DNA of 63,981 nucleotides, the filler included, from Blastocystis sp. subtype 4 (taxonomy: Eukaryota), in the NCBI RefSeq assembly GCF_000743755.1. It is 12 parts of 12 records of this genome, joined end to end, with 100 filler letters (N's around TTAATTAATTAA, not from the genome) between each part and the next. Parts side by side here need not be neighbours in the genome. Positions count along the whole stretch, not along the records: positions 27,397 to 32,710 come from NW_014569076.1; positions 32,811 to 38,078 come from NW_014569075.1; positions 38,179 to 43,402 come from NW_014569074.1; 9 more parts are not named here. One strand, given 5' to 3'. Position numbers and translations under genes: made by a program. Shown in pieces: positions 27,397 to 40,376 of the stretch. The notes beneath the pieces were generated by a model. That model worked only from the letters and a program-made list of their open reading frames with translations, had not been told where the DNA came from and ran no database searches. Every line of letters starts with the position of its first letter. Position 1 is the stretch's first letter.

Positions 27397-29669
27397 CATA
27401 ATTCGACTGATATTGGCAATGGGAAGATAACGGTCTTGTTCATGAACTTCCATTACGTTACTCCTATTATTTCCTGAGAAATCTGCATGCGAAGGACAAA
27501 CTGTTCAGTGATCCCTATAGTCATCAATTCAAGCATTCTTGTTGTATGGATCAAGAGGATTTGAAGTGTCTCTCTGTCCTTGATAATGAAGAAGTCATGA
27601 ACATGTGTGCTGAAATGTTTATGAAGAAGATTGGGTCTACTCCTTCATGTGTTCTTGTTTGCTATTTGTAATTCATAGTACAGTATACAGTTCGTGGCTC
27701 CATAAATTATATGATGAATCAACATAAACAGGATGAATTGCCGATCGGAAGTGTACAAACGGTGTTAAAACCATTGATAAAACTACTTCGTTTGGGAAAT
27801 TGTGATATTTGGGATTTGTTTGGCTTCTTGGAAGTGGAGGAAGTGGTATTTTTGTGGATTGTCTTTTGATATAGGCCTTTTTTTATAGTACTGTAATTTC
27901 CAACTATCAGAATCTGCGTTTATCAGAAGAGGAACATCATTCTTTAATTCTTCGTCAGAACTTGACAACTATATGGAGCGAAATGGTTAGAGTTCGGAAA
28001 TCCAGGTGTTGCCTTCAGAATGTTGTGACTCCAGTTTCAATTGGATCTCTAAACGATGCGTTGAATTACTGCATCTCATTTGTTCAAAATTGTTCTGAAA
28101 GCCAGCAGAAGTCAACTCTTTTCGATTATACATGTCTCATTTTGGGTTATTCTGCTTTCTACTCCTTGAAATGGACCGATGTTATAAGCATTGATTCTCT
28201 GTTAGCAGTAGGCAATCAAGTATTGGAACCAGTCGAATTGGAAACAGCATCACTGGTATGAGCAAGAGCTCTCGCTATTGATGAGTGGTTGGCTTTATCT
28301 CTATTGTTAACTTTAGCACTGACTGCTCCACTCCCCCAAACACATCAAATCGGGGAATCTCAGAGTTGCCTGTTTGAACTGATGTTTGTATTGATTGATA
28401 GTGATTGGGACTCAATTCGTGTTCTTCCTTCGTCTTCATCCCGATCAGTTGTTGTTGATCATACATGCATTCTGAAGATCACAGACCAACGATCTGCTAC
28501 TACCATGCGTCAGTATATTCGGAGTCATCTAATTGAGTGGAATTCCACTTCCAGGTACTTTACCAATTGTAGGAGAGAATATTGCATTTTAGAATAGTAG
28601 AGAATATACAGCAAGATAGTAATGAATTTGTTTGTGTGATAATGTGTTTGTATCTTTGTGGATTTGTCTCAGAGATGATCTGTCTTAATCAGGTTATTTC
28701 TGTATGTTCTTATTCTGATATTGAAATAATGGTACAATCCAATTCGTTGAATAAGGATTTGATTTGTGTATGGTATCTTCATTGTGTCAATTCTAGTACA
28801 TGTATGACATTCCACTATTAGAACAAATGATTCACATCTATTCAGAACGACGTCATCTTTCTTCGGAGTTTTCTGAGGTATATGTTAACTTGGATTCTGA
28901 ACTAGGTATATAACAGACTCATTCAACAAATGCAGAAACCCACACTGAACTGCTTCAATGATCCTTCTATTATCTCTTCGTACGAGTGATTCTGGATAAT
29001 TAGACATAGAGAACAGCAAAGCCTACAGAAGCAGTTACTCCGGTATCTTTATATGAAATTCGTTTCTTTTACTCTTTGATAAGATTTGTGTTTGTTGAAC
29101 AAACATTTCACTTGCCTATTCGAATTGCATACGAAATTGTCACTTCCCAACTAATTCGATCTATTTCCGTGGGAGCTTTGAATAAGAAACAATCACCATT
29201 CTCTGTGCGAATCTATCCATCATCTCCTCCATCTATCCTCCGTACCTCAAATAAACGACGATTTTCACGATGTTCCGCAAGAAAAGCAGTTTGAAGGGAG
29301 ATGGTCGTATTGCTCTGCCAGTAAGTTCATTACATCATCCTCACAGATTTCTTGCTGGTACTGATGATCATGCGACCTTTTTCCACATATAACTCACATC
29401 GATGATATAATGAACAACAACACCGTGTTTCTGTCTTATATCGAACCATTCCTTTGCGAGGGAGCTATCATTACAATCCATTCACACATCTACTTCAATA
29501 TGAACACTGGAAGATTTGGGTCGAACATGTTCGTTCATGCGACACCCTAAAAGAGGTTGTGAAGGAGAATCAGCTAACAGAGGAGGATCAAACAGAGAGA
29601 GAGATTCGCGAGACGAAAGCGATTGGTGATCTGTGTCTCGATGCAAATCATTCTAGCTATCATTGGTAG
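27397..29669 (+). CDS. Hypothetical multi-exon protein (5' truncated)
   Basis: Series of plus-strand open stretches separated by short GT-AG introns. No family recognised. Confidence 0.4.
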
Positions 29670-29689
29670 CGAATCCATACTTCATATAA

Positions 29690-30959
29690 TACAGAAGCTA
29701 GATAATCAAAAACGTCACTCTTCCACTCAGAATCAGGACATGTCCATGTGAAAGACGTATTGCAAGAACTACTGCTAATAGAGGTTCTACGTATCACAAA
29801 CACGTTCTGAAATCACGTATCAGTCTCAGAAAGTTCTTTGAACTCAAATCCATGAATCTTAAACCAATCACTTTTCTAGCTCTCATTCAATCCTCATATA
29901 ACTACCATAATATCCTCTAAACAGGGACGCTCAGCAACATCGGGATTTAACATGGCAGATAGAAGATTCTCCAATTCCACAGATATTCCCTCCATCTTCG
30001 GTAATACATTATAACTCTTGATATTGGTTATAAGATCAATAATATTTGTATATAAAATCGGACTCTTGCCAAATGTCAAGTAGTATAAACATACTCCCAT
30101 TGACCACAAATCAGCGGAATAACTAGAGAACAATCCATCTATTCTTATTACTAACACAGTAGAATACCTTTCCAACACTCAGGTGCCTGAAAACGAGTAT
30201 CTCCATCAAAGCATTCTCTCAAACCACCAAAAAGATCATTACTAATGTTACAGATATGAGAAAAACCAGCCAATTTCACAGTACTATGGAATTACCAATT
30301 ACTATAAGATACCCCTTTGAATCACGAATAAAATAATCTGGACGAATATTCAGATGACAAATTTGTTTTTCATGAACTAATTATAAGATTGAAAAGGGGA
30401 ACCAACGATAGTACAAACCATTACAGGCATCCCAAAAAATGTGAGCTAGTTCTTCTTCCGAATAATGATTCTTCCTATGAGATGTAAAGATTCATCCTAC
30501 TTCTTCCGTGTCAGGCATCTCAAAACCGGCATCATCTGTTCGAACCAAGCAGGGACCTTTGTCACACCATTCTTCAACTACAACTCACTTCTATACTATT
30601 TACATACAAAGTAATATACACGGCTGTGTATCTCTCACAGCATACAATGACAGAATATTCGGGTGTCGTAGTTGCTCTCGAATTTCGATTTCGTCGTATA
30701 ACCCTTCAATTCCATTCACAATCGAAGACGAATGTGTGCTCGACGCTCGTTGAAGTCTTTTCTTCCTTGCAGACTTGTTAATCACTCGGACCAACAAATC
30801 CATCTGCTTATTATCTAATGAAACTGTCACATGACGCAACATCACATCATCATGTCGGTTGATCAATTTATTATCCACAACTGTATATCCATGAAATGGA
30901 CATGTGAACGAACTCAATCTATAACTCAAACTCCATATTAGTTCTAACAACGAACACAA
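29690..30959 (-). CDS. CaMKK-like pseudokinase (ends approximate)
   Basis: LRHPNILSL, HLNIRPDY (for HRDxKPEN), KLAGFS (for DFG), FQAPEC, ADLWSMGVCLY. Confidence 0.7.
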
Positions 30960-31061
30960 ACACCTGTTTGTGTTGCTTGGACTGTTACTCTATTCACTCA
31001 AAACTCATTCCCTAATTTACCATCCAACAGCACGATAATTTGTGAAAACAAACAATACAAT

Positions 31062-32710
31062 TTATGAGCGATTATATGCAGCTCGCAAACGGCAACCATA
31101 TGCTCCCGAAAGACTGTCCTTCACAATGGCATACTGTTTCTCATATTCTTTTAATTGTTCAATGGTTGAAACGCCTTCCGTAATAATCTGTGTCTTCAAA
31201 TTCGGATCCTGATTCAGTTCCTACACCTTACATCTCTAGATCATAATTACAGCTTTTAAACATAGCTCATCACACTTCGATATTAAATTCATCACCATCA
31301 GTTGTGTTGAAAAATTATGAACCGAAGCCCTATTCCATTCACGGGTGAATACACTCCGTGTGTACTCGATACTTGTTTGCATCGATTTAGGACCGAATTG
31401 TAGCATACTATTGAAGTATGCATTCATTCCACGCATGAATCCAGACAACAATCGCATCAGGTCAGTACAGTCAAAATAGTATACCTTATTTGTTACAGCC
31501 TTTCTGTTAATCATTCATTATTCATCTTACATAACAGATTTCTTGAATGCGTGAAATGATCGGATTACCTACCACTCCTTGGGTTATCATATTGATATCT
31601 GCGTAACAACGGTCCATAATATCCTTTAAAGTACTGAACTGATTTCCAGAAATCGAAAGAAAAGGAAACAGATAACGCAAATTGATCTTCTTCGTCTCGT
31701 AATGGACAGAGAGGCTTAAAATATACCCGTAAATACTCTGAACGAGTTGTTCGTTGTGTTGAAGCTTGTCTGGAATCACAGCACACACATATGAGAATTC
31801 TTTGTAAAAGGAGATTTCGGGAAGAATTTGGTTCAAATAATCCACTATACTTCGGAAATTGGAAGCAAATTGAGAATCTAATCCACCAAAGTACGACCAA
31901 TTCTAATCTTCATCTATTTCATCAAATTGTACGTCGCAAATCGTGTTCGACAACTGTGTTATCAATGAGTACAACCACTGATGTTCTTCCTTTTCTTCAA
32001 TTGGTACGTATACAGCAGGATGTTGGATACTCATAGTCACTGGAGAACACTGATCCAGACGCTCTGCGTTCACCTTGATTGAATAAAAGGCACGTTGGAT
32101 ACTGTACATGACGACACTAAAATAGGCAGAGCCACAGATCATAGGAATATTGTTGATAATACTGTCGACGAATGTCGCGATATTGCTATATATGGAAGGA
32201 CATCTACTTGTTAGCCATTATATCTTGTTCTACCCTCCGTTAAACATAGGAGGAGGCCGGGTGAAGCCCTGCAAATTCGGCATTGATGGATTCGTCACAT
32301 GCTAGAAATAATAGCAATTCTTCCATATCCAACAGGAACCTGAGGAGGAAAACCAGGTTTCTTCACCTCAGAGTTTGTCCAAATCAATTGAGGAATCTTT
32401 CCGATATCCAAGGTTTCTGTAAGTGTTTCCAGACTTGCCTGCTGGGAATGACCACTATCCATCTATTACAAATACAAACAAACGCAATACGGCAACGATG
32501 GGACTGGAGGAATCATAGGAGGATCTGTAACAGAGAAATTTGTATAGTTACTCATAAAAAGAAATTAAACTAGGAGAAAAAGAAAAATGGAAGTCAGTTT
32601 GGTCAGTTAAGAAACAGTTCTCAATGACGAGAAAGCAAAAACACAGAATATCTGTGGAACTCAATCGTCTTGACTCAAATCTCCCGAAGCTTGCATATAG
32701 TTGATCTTGT
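31062..32710 (-). CDS. Hypothetical multi-exon protein (5' uncertain)
   Basis: Minus-strand exon chain ending RAAYNRS* with a minus-strand TGTTTGTT at 31047-31054. Confidence 0.45.
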
Positions 32711-32844
32711 NNNNNNNNNNNNNNNNNNNNNNNNNNNNNNNNNNNNNNNNNNNNTTAATTAATTAANNNNNNNNNNNNNNNNNNNNNNNNNNNNNNNNNN
32801 NNNNNNNNNNTTTATTTTTGTTTCGGTCCTAATTTGATAGAATC

Positions 32845-35800
32845 ATGCCTGAAGTACATTATAAGACCCAAACAGTAACTGGTAATGATGCCGCTTCTTA
32901 TATTGCGTACTAGGACTCAATGGTTGCATAATCGATAGGTACCAGTTCTGTGATAACTGTTTCATCTATCCTATTACTCCTTCTACACCTATGGCTACGA
33001 ATGTGGATGCTTATGCTAGTCGAGGCGTGAAGAATGTATTTGGTCAAGTGGGGTAAGAGAATATTGATTGAAGTCATCAATTAGTTGTGTTGTTGAAATG
33101 CAGTCAGAAGCTGGTGCTTCTGGTGCTGTTCATGGTTCTTTGGTTGGAGGAGGTCTGTGTTCGACATTCACCTGTTCTCAAGGATTGTTGCTGATGATTC
33201 CTAATATGTATAAGATTGCCGGTGAGATGCTTCCTTGTGTGTTCCATGTATCTGCTCGTGCTATTGCTGGTCAAGCATTGAGTATTTATGGTGATCATTC
33301 GGATGTAATGGCTTGCAGATCAACGGGATTTAATTTCCTTTGTTCCCAGTCGGTTCAAGAGGCTCACGATATTGCATTATGCGCGCATATTGCTTCTCTT
33401 CGTGCTAGTCTGCCTTTCGTTCACTTCTTTGATGGTTTCCGCACCTCACATGAGACTTGTAACATCCGAGTGATTGATGAAGAATCATTAAAACAGTTTG
33501 TACCTTGGGAGGAAGTGAAGCGTCATCGTGATCGTGCTGTGAATCCTAATCATCCTAATCTCCGTGGTACTGCTCAAAGTCCTGATATCTACATGCAACT
33601 TGTAGAGGCTGCGAATCCTACTTATGCTGCTGTTCCTGATCTGGTAGACAAGCTATTTGAGGAAATGGCTCCTGTGTTCGGTCGTCGTTATCGTCTGTTT
33701 GAATACTATGGAGCTGAGGATGCTGAGGATGTGATTGTGTGTATGGGTTCTGGTGCCAATGTGGTTCACGAGACTGTGAATTATCTGAATGGTCGTGGTA
33801 GTAAGGTGGGTGTATTGAAGGTGCGTCTCTTCCGTCCTTGGAGTGTGAAGCATTTCTTACAAGTGTTGCCAAAGACAGTAAAGCGTGTAGCTGTGTTGGA
33901 TCGATGCAAGGATACTGCAGCTCAAGGAGAACCTCTGTTCTTGGATACATGTGCTTCTTTCACCAATCCTCTGAGTGAGGTGCATCCTATGGTGATTGGA
34001 GGTCGATATGGTCTGGGATCAAAGGATTTCACTCCAGGTCAAGTGTTATCAGTATTTGAGAATCTGAAGGGTGAGAAGCCTATTGCGAGCTTCACAGTTG
34101 GTATAAAGGATGATGTATCATTCCATTCATTACCGATTCTCCCTGAACCTGATACTGTACCAAGCAGTATCTATCAAGCTATAATGTGGGGTATGGGATC
34201 TGATGGAACTGTATCTGTATCCAAGACCATCATGAAGATTCTGGGTGATTACCATCAATTGAATGTCCAAGGATATTCTGAGTATGAAGCCAAGAAGTCT
34301 AATGGATGGTCTGTGAATTATCTTCGATATGGCAAGGATACAATTGACTGTCCTTATAATATCCGTTGTGCTGACTATGTGTCCTGTAGCAAGAGTTCTT
34401 ATCTCCACAAGTTTGATATGTTCTCAGCCTTAAAGGATAATGGCATTTTCCTATTGAATACGAGTGCAACGACATTAGAAGAAGTGGAAGCTCAGTTACC
34501 TGGTAAGGCAAAGCGTATTCTGGCTCGTAAGAATGCTCGGTTGTTTGTAGTGGATGCTACCAATCTAGCTAGTAAGTATCATTTGGGTAAGTATGTGAAC
34601 ACGACGATGGGCATTGTGTATTTCAAGTTAACCAATTGTATGCCTGTAGAGGAAGTGTTGCCCATCATGAAGAAGATGATCGAGAAGACATACATTAAGA
34701 AGGGAGAGCATATTGTTCATAATAACTGGGATTGCTTGGATCATTCATTAGAGGCTGTAGTGCAAATTGAATATCCTCGTGAACAATGGATGAATGCAGT
34801 TGTAGAGAAGCCAGTTACCATTCCTGATGCTCCTGAGTTTGTGAACAAGGTGATGTTACCCATTGTGCGTTATGAGGGTGATCAGCTTCCTGTGTCTGCA
34901 TTCACTCCTGGTGGTGTGATGCCTTCTGGTACAACTAAGTATGAGAAGCGTGGAATTGCTGTGATGAATCCAGAGTGGCAGATTGATAAGTGTATTCAGT
35001 GTAATCAGTGTGCTACTGTGTGTCCTCATGCTTGCATTCGACCTATTCTCCTTACTGAGGAAGAAGTGGCCAAGGCTCCTGAAGGTTTCAAGACTCTGAA
35101 GGCTACTGGAGGAGGTGCATTGAACAACTTGCACTTCCGTATTCAGGTGTCACCTATGGATTGTACTGGTTGCCAGTTATGTGTGGAGGCTTGTGGTGAT
35201 GATGCATTGGTAATGAAAGACTTCGAGGTGATGAAGGATCAGGAGAGTGGAAACTGGGAATATGCTATGCAGATTCCGAATAAGGGTCATTTGACAGGTC
35301 GTAATGATGTACGATCTGTGCAGTTCCATCAGCCCATGTTAGAGTTCAGCGGTGCTTGTGATGGATGTGGTGAGACACCATATGTGAAGCTGATCACTCA
35401 ACTGTTTGGTGAGCGTATGAATATTGCTAATGCAACTGGTTGTTCTTCGATCTGGGGAGGAACTGCCACATTCAATCCTTATACACACAACAGTCGAGGT
35501 CAAGGTCCTGCTTGGGCAAACTCCCTGTTCGAGGATAATGCAGAGTATGGTCTGGGTATGGCTGTGTCAGTCTCACAACGTCGTCGTGTGTTGAAGCAGT
35601 TGGTGGAGTCGATTCTTCAATCAAATGAGACACTTCCTGAGGGTCTATCGGATCTGTTTGCTGAATGGTTGGAGTTGTTCAATGAAGGTCGTCAGTGTCA
35701 GCCTGTGGCAGATTCAATCATGGACATATTGGGATCATTGAAGAGTGAGGAGATCAGTCCTGCCTTGCAGGAGATTGTGAGTAAGCGTGATCTGTTCCCG

Positions 35801-38078
35801 AAGATTAGTCAATGGATTATTGGAGGTGATGGATGGGCATATGATATTGGATATGGTGGTGTGGATCATGTACTCTCCACTGGTGAGGATGTGAATATCG
35901 TGGTATTGGATACAGAGATGTATTCCAATACGGGAGGTCAGAAGTCCAAGGCTACACCCATGTCAGCTGTCCAGCAGTTTGCTGCAGGAGGTAAGTTGAC
36001 TCATAAGAAGGAGATGGGTGTGATGGCTATGTCATATCGTAATGTGTATGTGGCATCAGTGGCTTTGTATGCTGATATGACACAAGCCATCAAGGCATTC
36101 AATGAGGCTGAGGCTTACAATGGTCCTTCTATCATCTTCTGTTACAGTCCTTGTTTGATGCAGAATGTGGTGCCTGCAATGCGTGCTACATTCAAGGAGG
36201 TGGAGTTGGCTGTGAAGAGTGGATACTGGCCTCTGTATCGTTATGATCCTCGTCTGTCTGCTCAGGGCAAGAATGCCTTCCAGTTGGACTATAAGAAGGA
36301 ACTGAGTGATGATCTGAAGAACTTCCTGGCGAATGAACGTCGTTTCTTGGAGCTGAATCGTACACATCCTGAACTGGCTGATGGTCTGCATACGCAACTG
36401 AAGAATCATTTGCAGGAGCGTCATGATGACTTTGTGCGTCGTGCAATGCCTCCAGCACCATTGACAGGAGCAGTCCCTACAGGAACTGGGTTTGAGTTGA
36501 GTATTCTGTATGGTTCAGAGACGAATCATGCAAAAGAGTTGGCATATTCACTGATGCAAGAGGCAGAGACACGCAAGGTGGATGTGACTGTGGAAGAGTT
36601 GGATGAAGTGACAACAGAGCAGTTGGCGAGTCGGAAGCATGTTGTAGTGTTATGTTCCACATGTGGCAATGGAGAAGTGCCTAAGAATGCACGTAGCTTC
36701 TTCCATGAGCTGAATGAGGAGCATGCTGGAGACATATTGAAGGATGTGAAGATGTGGGTATTTGGTCTGGGTGACAGTAGCTTCGCTAACTATAATCTGG
36801 CTGCTAAGAAGCTGTATGCTCGATTTGAGGAGTTGGGAGCACAATTGGCACCTCTGGCTTTGGGTAATGATCAGGATCCTGAGCGTTACATGACAGCTTG
36901 GGAGAACTGGTGCCCTGAGTTCTGGAAGAGCACAGGTGTGAAGGAGCCTGAGATTGTGGGTGTGCCTCCAAGCAACTATGCTGTGGAGATGAAGGATTCA
37001 TCCACACATGTGTCACGTCGTCGTATTCTCCCTGGAGATGCACAACTGATTCCTCTGGTGAAGAAGGTGCGTTTGACACCTCAGGACTATGAGCGCAACA
37101 TCATGCATCTCCGTTTCGATCTGGATAAGACAGACATTCGTTATGAGATTGGTGACTCCTTGGCCATCTATCCCAAGAACACAGAGGCCATGGTGGGTGC
37201 ATTCTGTGCCTATGTGAATATGGATTCAGAGACAATTGTACAAATCACAAGTGCGAGTGAGATGTTACGAGACAAGTTCCCTCGTGTAACGACAGTAGGC
37301 AAGATTGCTAGTGAGGTATTGGATCTGACAGGTCATCCTTCTCGCAAGCTGTTCCAGACTATGAGTTACTTTGCTGAGGGAGCAGAGAAGGAGACATTAC
37401 AAGCATTGAGTCGTGGAGAGAAGGACATTGCGAGTGAGATGGGTGATGTTACAGTGAGTGTGATGGAGGTACTTCAACACTTCCAGTGCAAGGTAGATCT
37501 GGCTCATCTGTTGGAAGTGATTCCTGCCATGAAGCCTCGTCTCTATTCCATTGCTTCTTCCCAGAAGACGATGCCACAGGCTCTGGAGTTGTGTATTGTG
37601 GAGAACACTTGGACTACAGCAAAGGGAGTGAAGAAAGTGGGTCTGTGTACTGGTTATCTGGATAGTCTGGATCTGTCCAATGGACCTGTACAAGTGGCTG
37701 TGTCAGTATCAGGTGGAGCTCTGTATGCCAGCAGATTCAAAGGCTCCTCTCATGATGGCAGGTCTGGGTACTGGTATTGCTCCTTTCCGTGCTTTTGTAC
37801 AGGAGAAGGCTGTTCAGAAGCATAGTGGAAAGGAGATTGGTGATGTGGCCTTCCTGATGGGTCTGCGTTATCGTTCCAAGGAGTTCCTGTTCGAAGAGGA
37901 GTTTGAGGCTCTGGAGAAGGAGGGTGTGATTCGTTACCTGTTGCCTGCATTCTCGCGTGATCAGGAGAAGAAGGTATACATTCAGAATAAGGTGGATGAG
38001 AATCCAAAGATTGCTTGTGACATTCTGGTGGAGCAGAAGGGTTATTTCTTCTATTGTGGACCTGCTGGAAACGTTCCT
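32845..38078 (+). CDS. PNO: Pyruvate:NADP+ oxidoreductase (PFOR fused to cytochrome-P450-reductase-like domain); 3' truncated, one frameshift near 37722
   Basis: YPITPS, EMQSEAGASG, FFDGFRTSHE, two 4Fe-4S motifs (CIQCNQCATVCP, CTGCQLCVEAC), GGDGWAYDIG TPP motif, flavodoxin (LYGSETN, FGLGDSS), PRLYSIASS and GLGTGIAPFRAF. Confidence 0.96.
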
Positions 38079-38178
38079 NNNNNNNNNNNNNNNNNNNNNN
38101 NNNNNNNNNNNNNNNNNNNNNNTTAATTAATTAANNNNNNNNNNNNNNNNNNNNNNNNNNNNNNNNNNNNNNNNNNNN

Positions 38179-38243
38179 CTAAGGGAAATGGCATCAAGCT
38201 GACCATCATCGAGGAGAAGAAGGCCAGAGAACACAGAGCTTAA
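38179..38243 (+). CDS. RPS4: 40S ribosomal protein S4, 3' fragment
   Basis: KGNGIKLTIIEEKKAREHRA* matches the eS4 C-terminal KGIxLTIxEE motif. Confidence 0.75.
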
Positions 38244-38299
38244 GTGACGAAGGAATGGGTTGTCTAAAGAGCATTTTGTGGGTTTGTTGAAAACAGATA

Positions 38300-40282
38300 C
38301 TAAGAAGGGAAAATACGCTTCAAATTCGGCCTTGCTCGAGCTACCAAAGAGCCAACTCCACAGCTGCTCGATGTATAGTAGTGGATTGGAAGCGATAAAT
38401 GCTATCTATGATTCTAACAATTCATATATACATTTTGAAGAAGAGGGAGAGGTATCATTTCTGTACTTCGAATAAGTGTATTCACACTTTCCATCTCTTT
38501 TTTACTTAGAGAAGTGATGATAATCACTTCATTCTTATTTAGATCAATTGCCTGGACAATGCCAATCCCAATATTCTTAACCACGGGAAATGACTTCAAT
38601 AACTTGGGACTAGAAGCCGCTTTCGGAATAACTACTCCTGCTTTCACTTCCGTTGATGGTTGGATCTCTACAGAAGGTATGAATAAAGAATCTGCTGATA
38701 AGCCAACAATGGATCCATTGAGAGCAACATGGAAATAGCCACTAGGAATATGTCCTAAATAACATTGAATCGATGAGAAAGGAAGATGATATTGAGGTAG
38801 CGTGAGGAGATAGTTACCAAGATCCGATAAGTGGTCGCCACAGAAGTACGCTATCACCTTCTGATCTCGTAAATAACCAGGATTCACTTTCTTAGTCTCA
38901 CTGGGTTGGGAATCCAAATAGATTACACTAGCAGGATCAGCATTGATAATGGGAAGTGAATCCTTTTTGGTTTTGTCTTGAATCTATACTCAAACATATA
39001 CATCAACCCTACAAAAACCACATTCGTACATTTGATGTTGTAATAGATGAAGTTCAGAATATCAGCTCCAACTCCCTTTATCCAACCACATGTATTGATC
39101 ACAAGCGGACAATCTAAACATCATTTCATCCTCCTATGACCACCTGACAGAATCGTGAGGTACTGATGAAGAAGCATACTAACAACTTGATTATAGTCCT
39201 GAGGACGATTCTCAGGAGTTCGATCTCCGAAGAATATCCGACTAAACATGATACTGGAGTTCCACAAATCACCTGAAAACAGGTTCTTTCACACATGGTA
39301 CAGACGAACTCCGCAGTTGAGGCTCCTCAATGGTGGAGAGAGTTAGGATTCCCTCTGTGACATACTCACCCTGACCCACATCAATATCGAGAAAAGCAAC
39401 ACGCGAGAAGTGAGAGAGCAATGAATTGACAAGACAACGACAGTAGGTTGATTTACCAACATTCTTAGAGCCAAGTACAAGTGTCACAGAATACTCCTTA
39501 GATGTGATATCTGTCATGCTCTAGTTATCAGGTTGTAGAAAAGTCCACACTTGTTTCCAATGAGGAGTTAAAAGAATCACTCCTGGAGGAGCCAATTTTG
39601 GAATCTCTTCAGAAGACAGTACATTGAAATGAGTCATCAGACACGCCCCATCGATGCAAAAAGACTATAATGAGAAGAATAATGAGAAACTACCGATGGT
39701 TCTAGGAAAGAATCCGCTGCCACTTCTAAAAGGACATCATCTGTATCATTCTTCTTAATCTCCAAATGATAGTCATGCCAGTTGTTGTAATTCGACTTTA
39801 CAGAAGAGAGCAACACAACACAATGAAAAGACGATACGAATAGGCGGACACAAGTTGACACTGCTTCATTCGGTAATCGAACAGAAAGCGAGTTGCTTTG
39901 GTTGCTCATCAAACTAGGATGAATTGGAATGGCATTATCTGTAATCGGAGATTCTATGAGGTATGGTTTATCTCTTGATTTACACACTGCTCCTACTCAT
40001 TATCACCAAACCAAGAAATCACCTAATATTTCGACTTCTCCACTTATAACATGTAAGTAATATGATCCAGTAATTATAAGACTCTCTTCTGGCATCAACC
40101 CAACAGTAATCGTATCTGAAGCGTTGTCTTTGCATATTTGGCTTGCAGAACCAATTACACTCACCGGATAAGGAATATTCTACACAGTATTGGGATTTAT
40201 CCTCCATTGGTACATGTTCCACAGTATTTTGAATATTGCTTACATACCCATCTGTAATATTTCTTGGAGACAATGGAGGCAT
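38300..40282 (-). CDS. NOL9: Polynucleotide 5'-hydroxyl kinase NOL9/Grc3
   Basis: Walker A GSKNVGKST, FLDIDVGQGEY, PLVINTCGWIKGVG, ALNGSIVGL, GIGIVQAID. Confidence 0.85.
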
Positions 40283-40376
40283 GATAATAATAAGATGACT
40301 CTAAATCAAGAACCGTTCTACCCATAATGAAAAAGTGTATCAAATTAAATGGCTTTAAATAGCAGAAACAAAGATA

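Noticed and set aside
33104..38007. Many minus-strand ORFs within PNO (and similar ones opposite the MORN, CNNM and DnaJ genes)
   Set aside because: Antisense shadows of biased codon usage, with no recognisable motifs.
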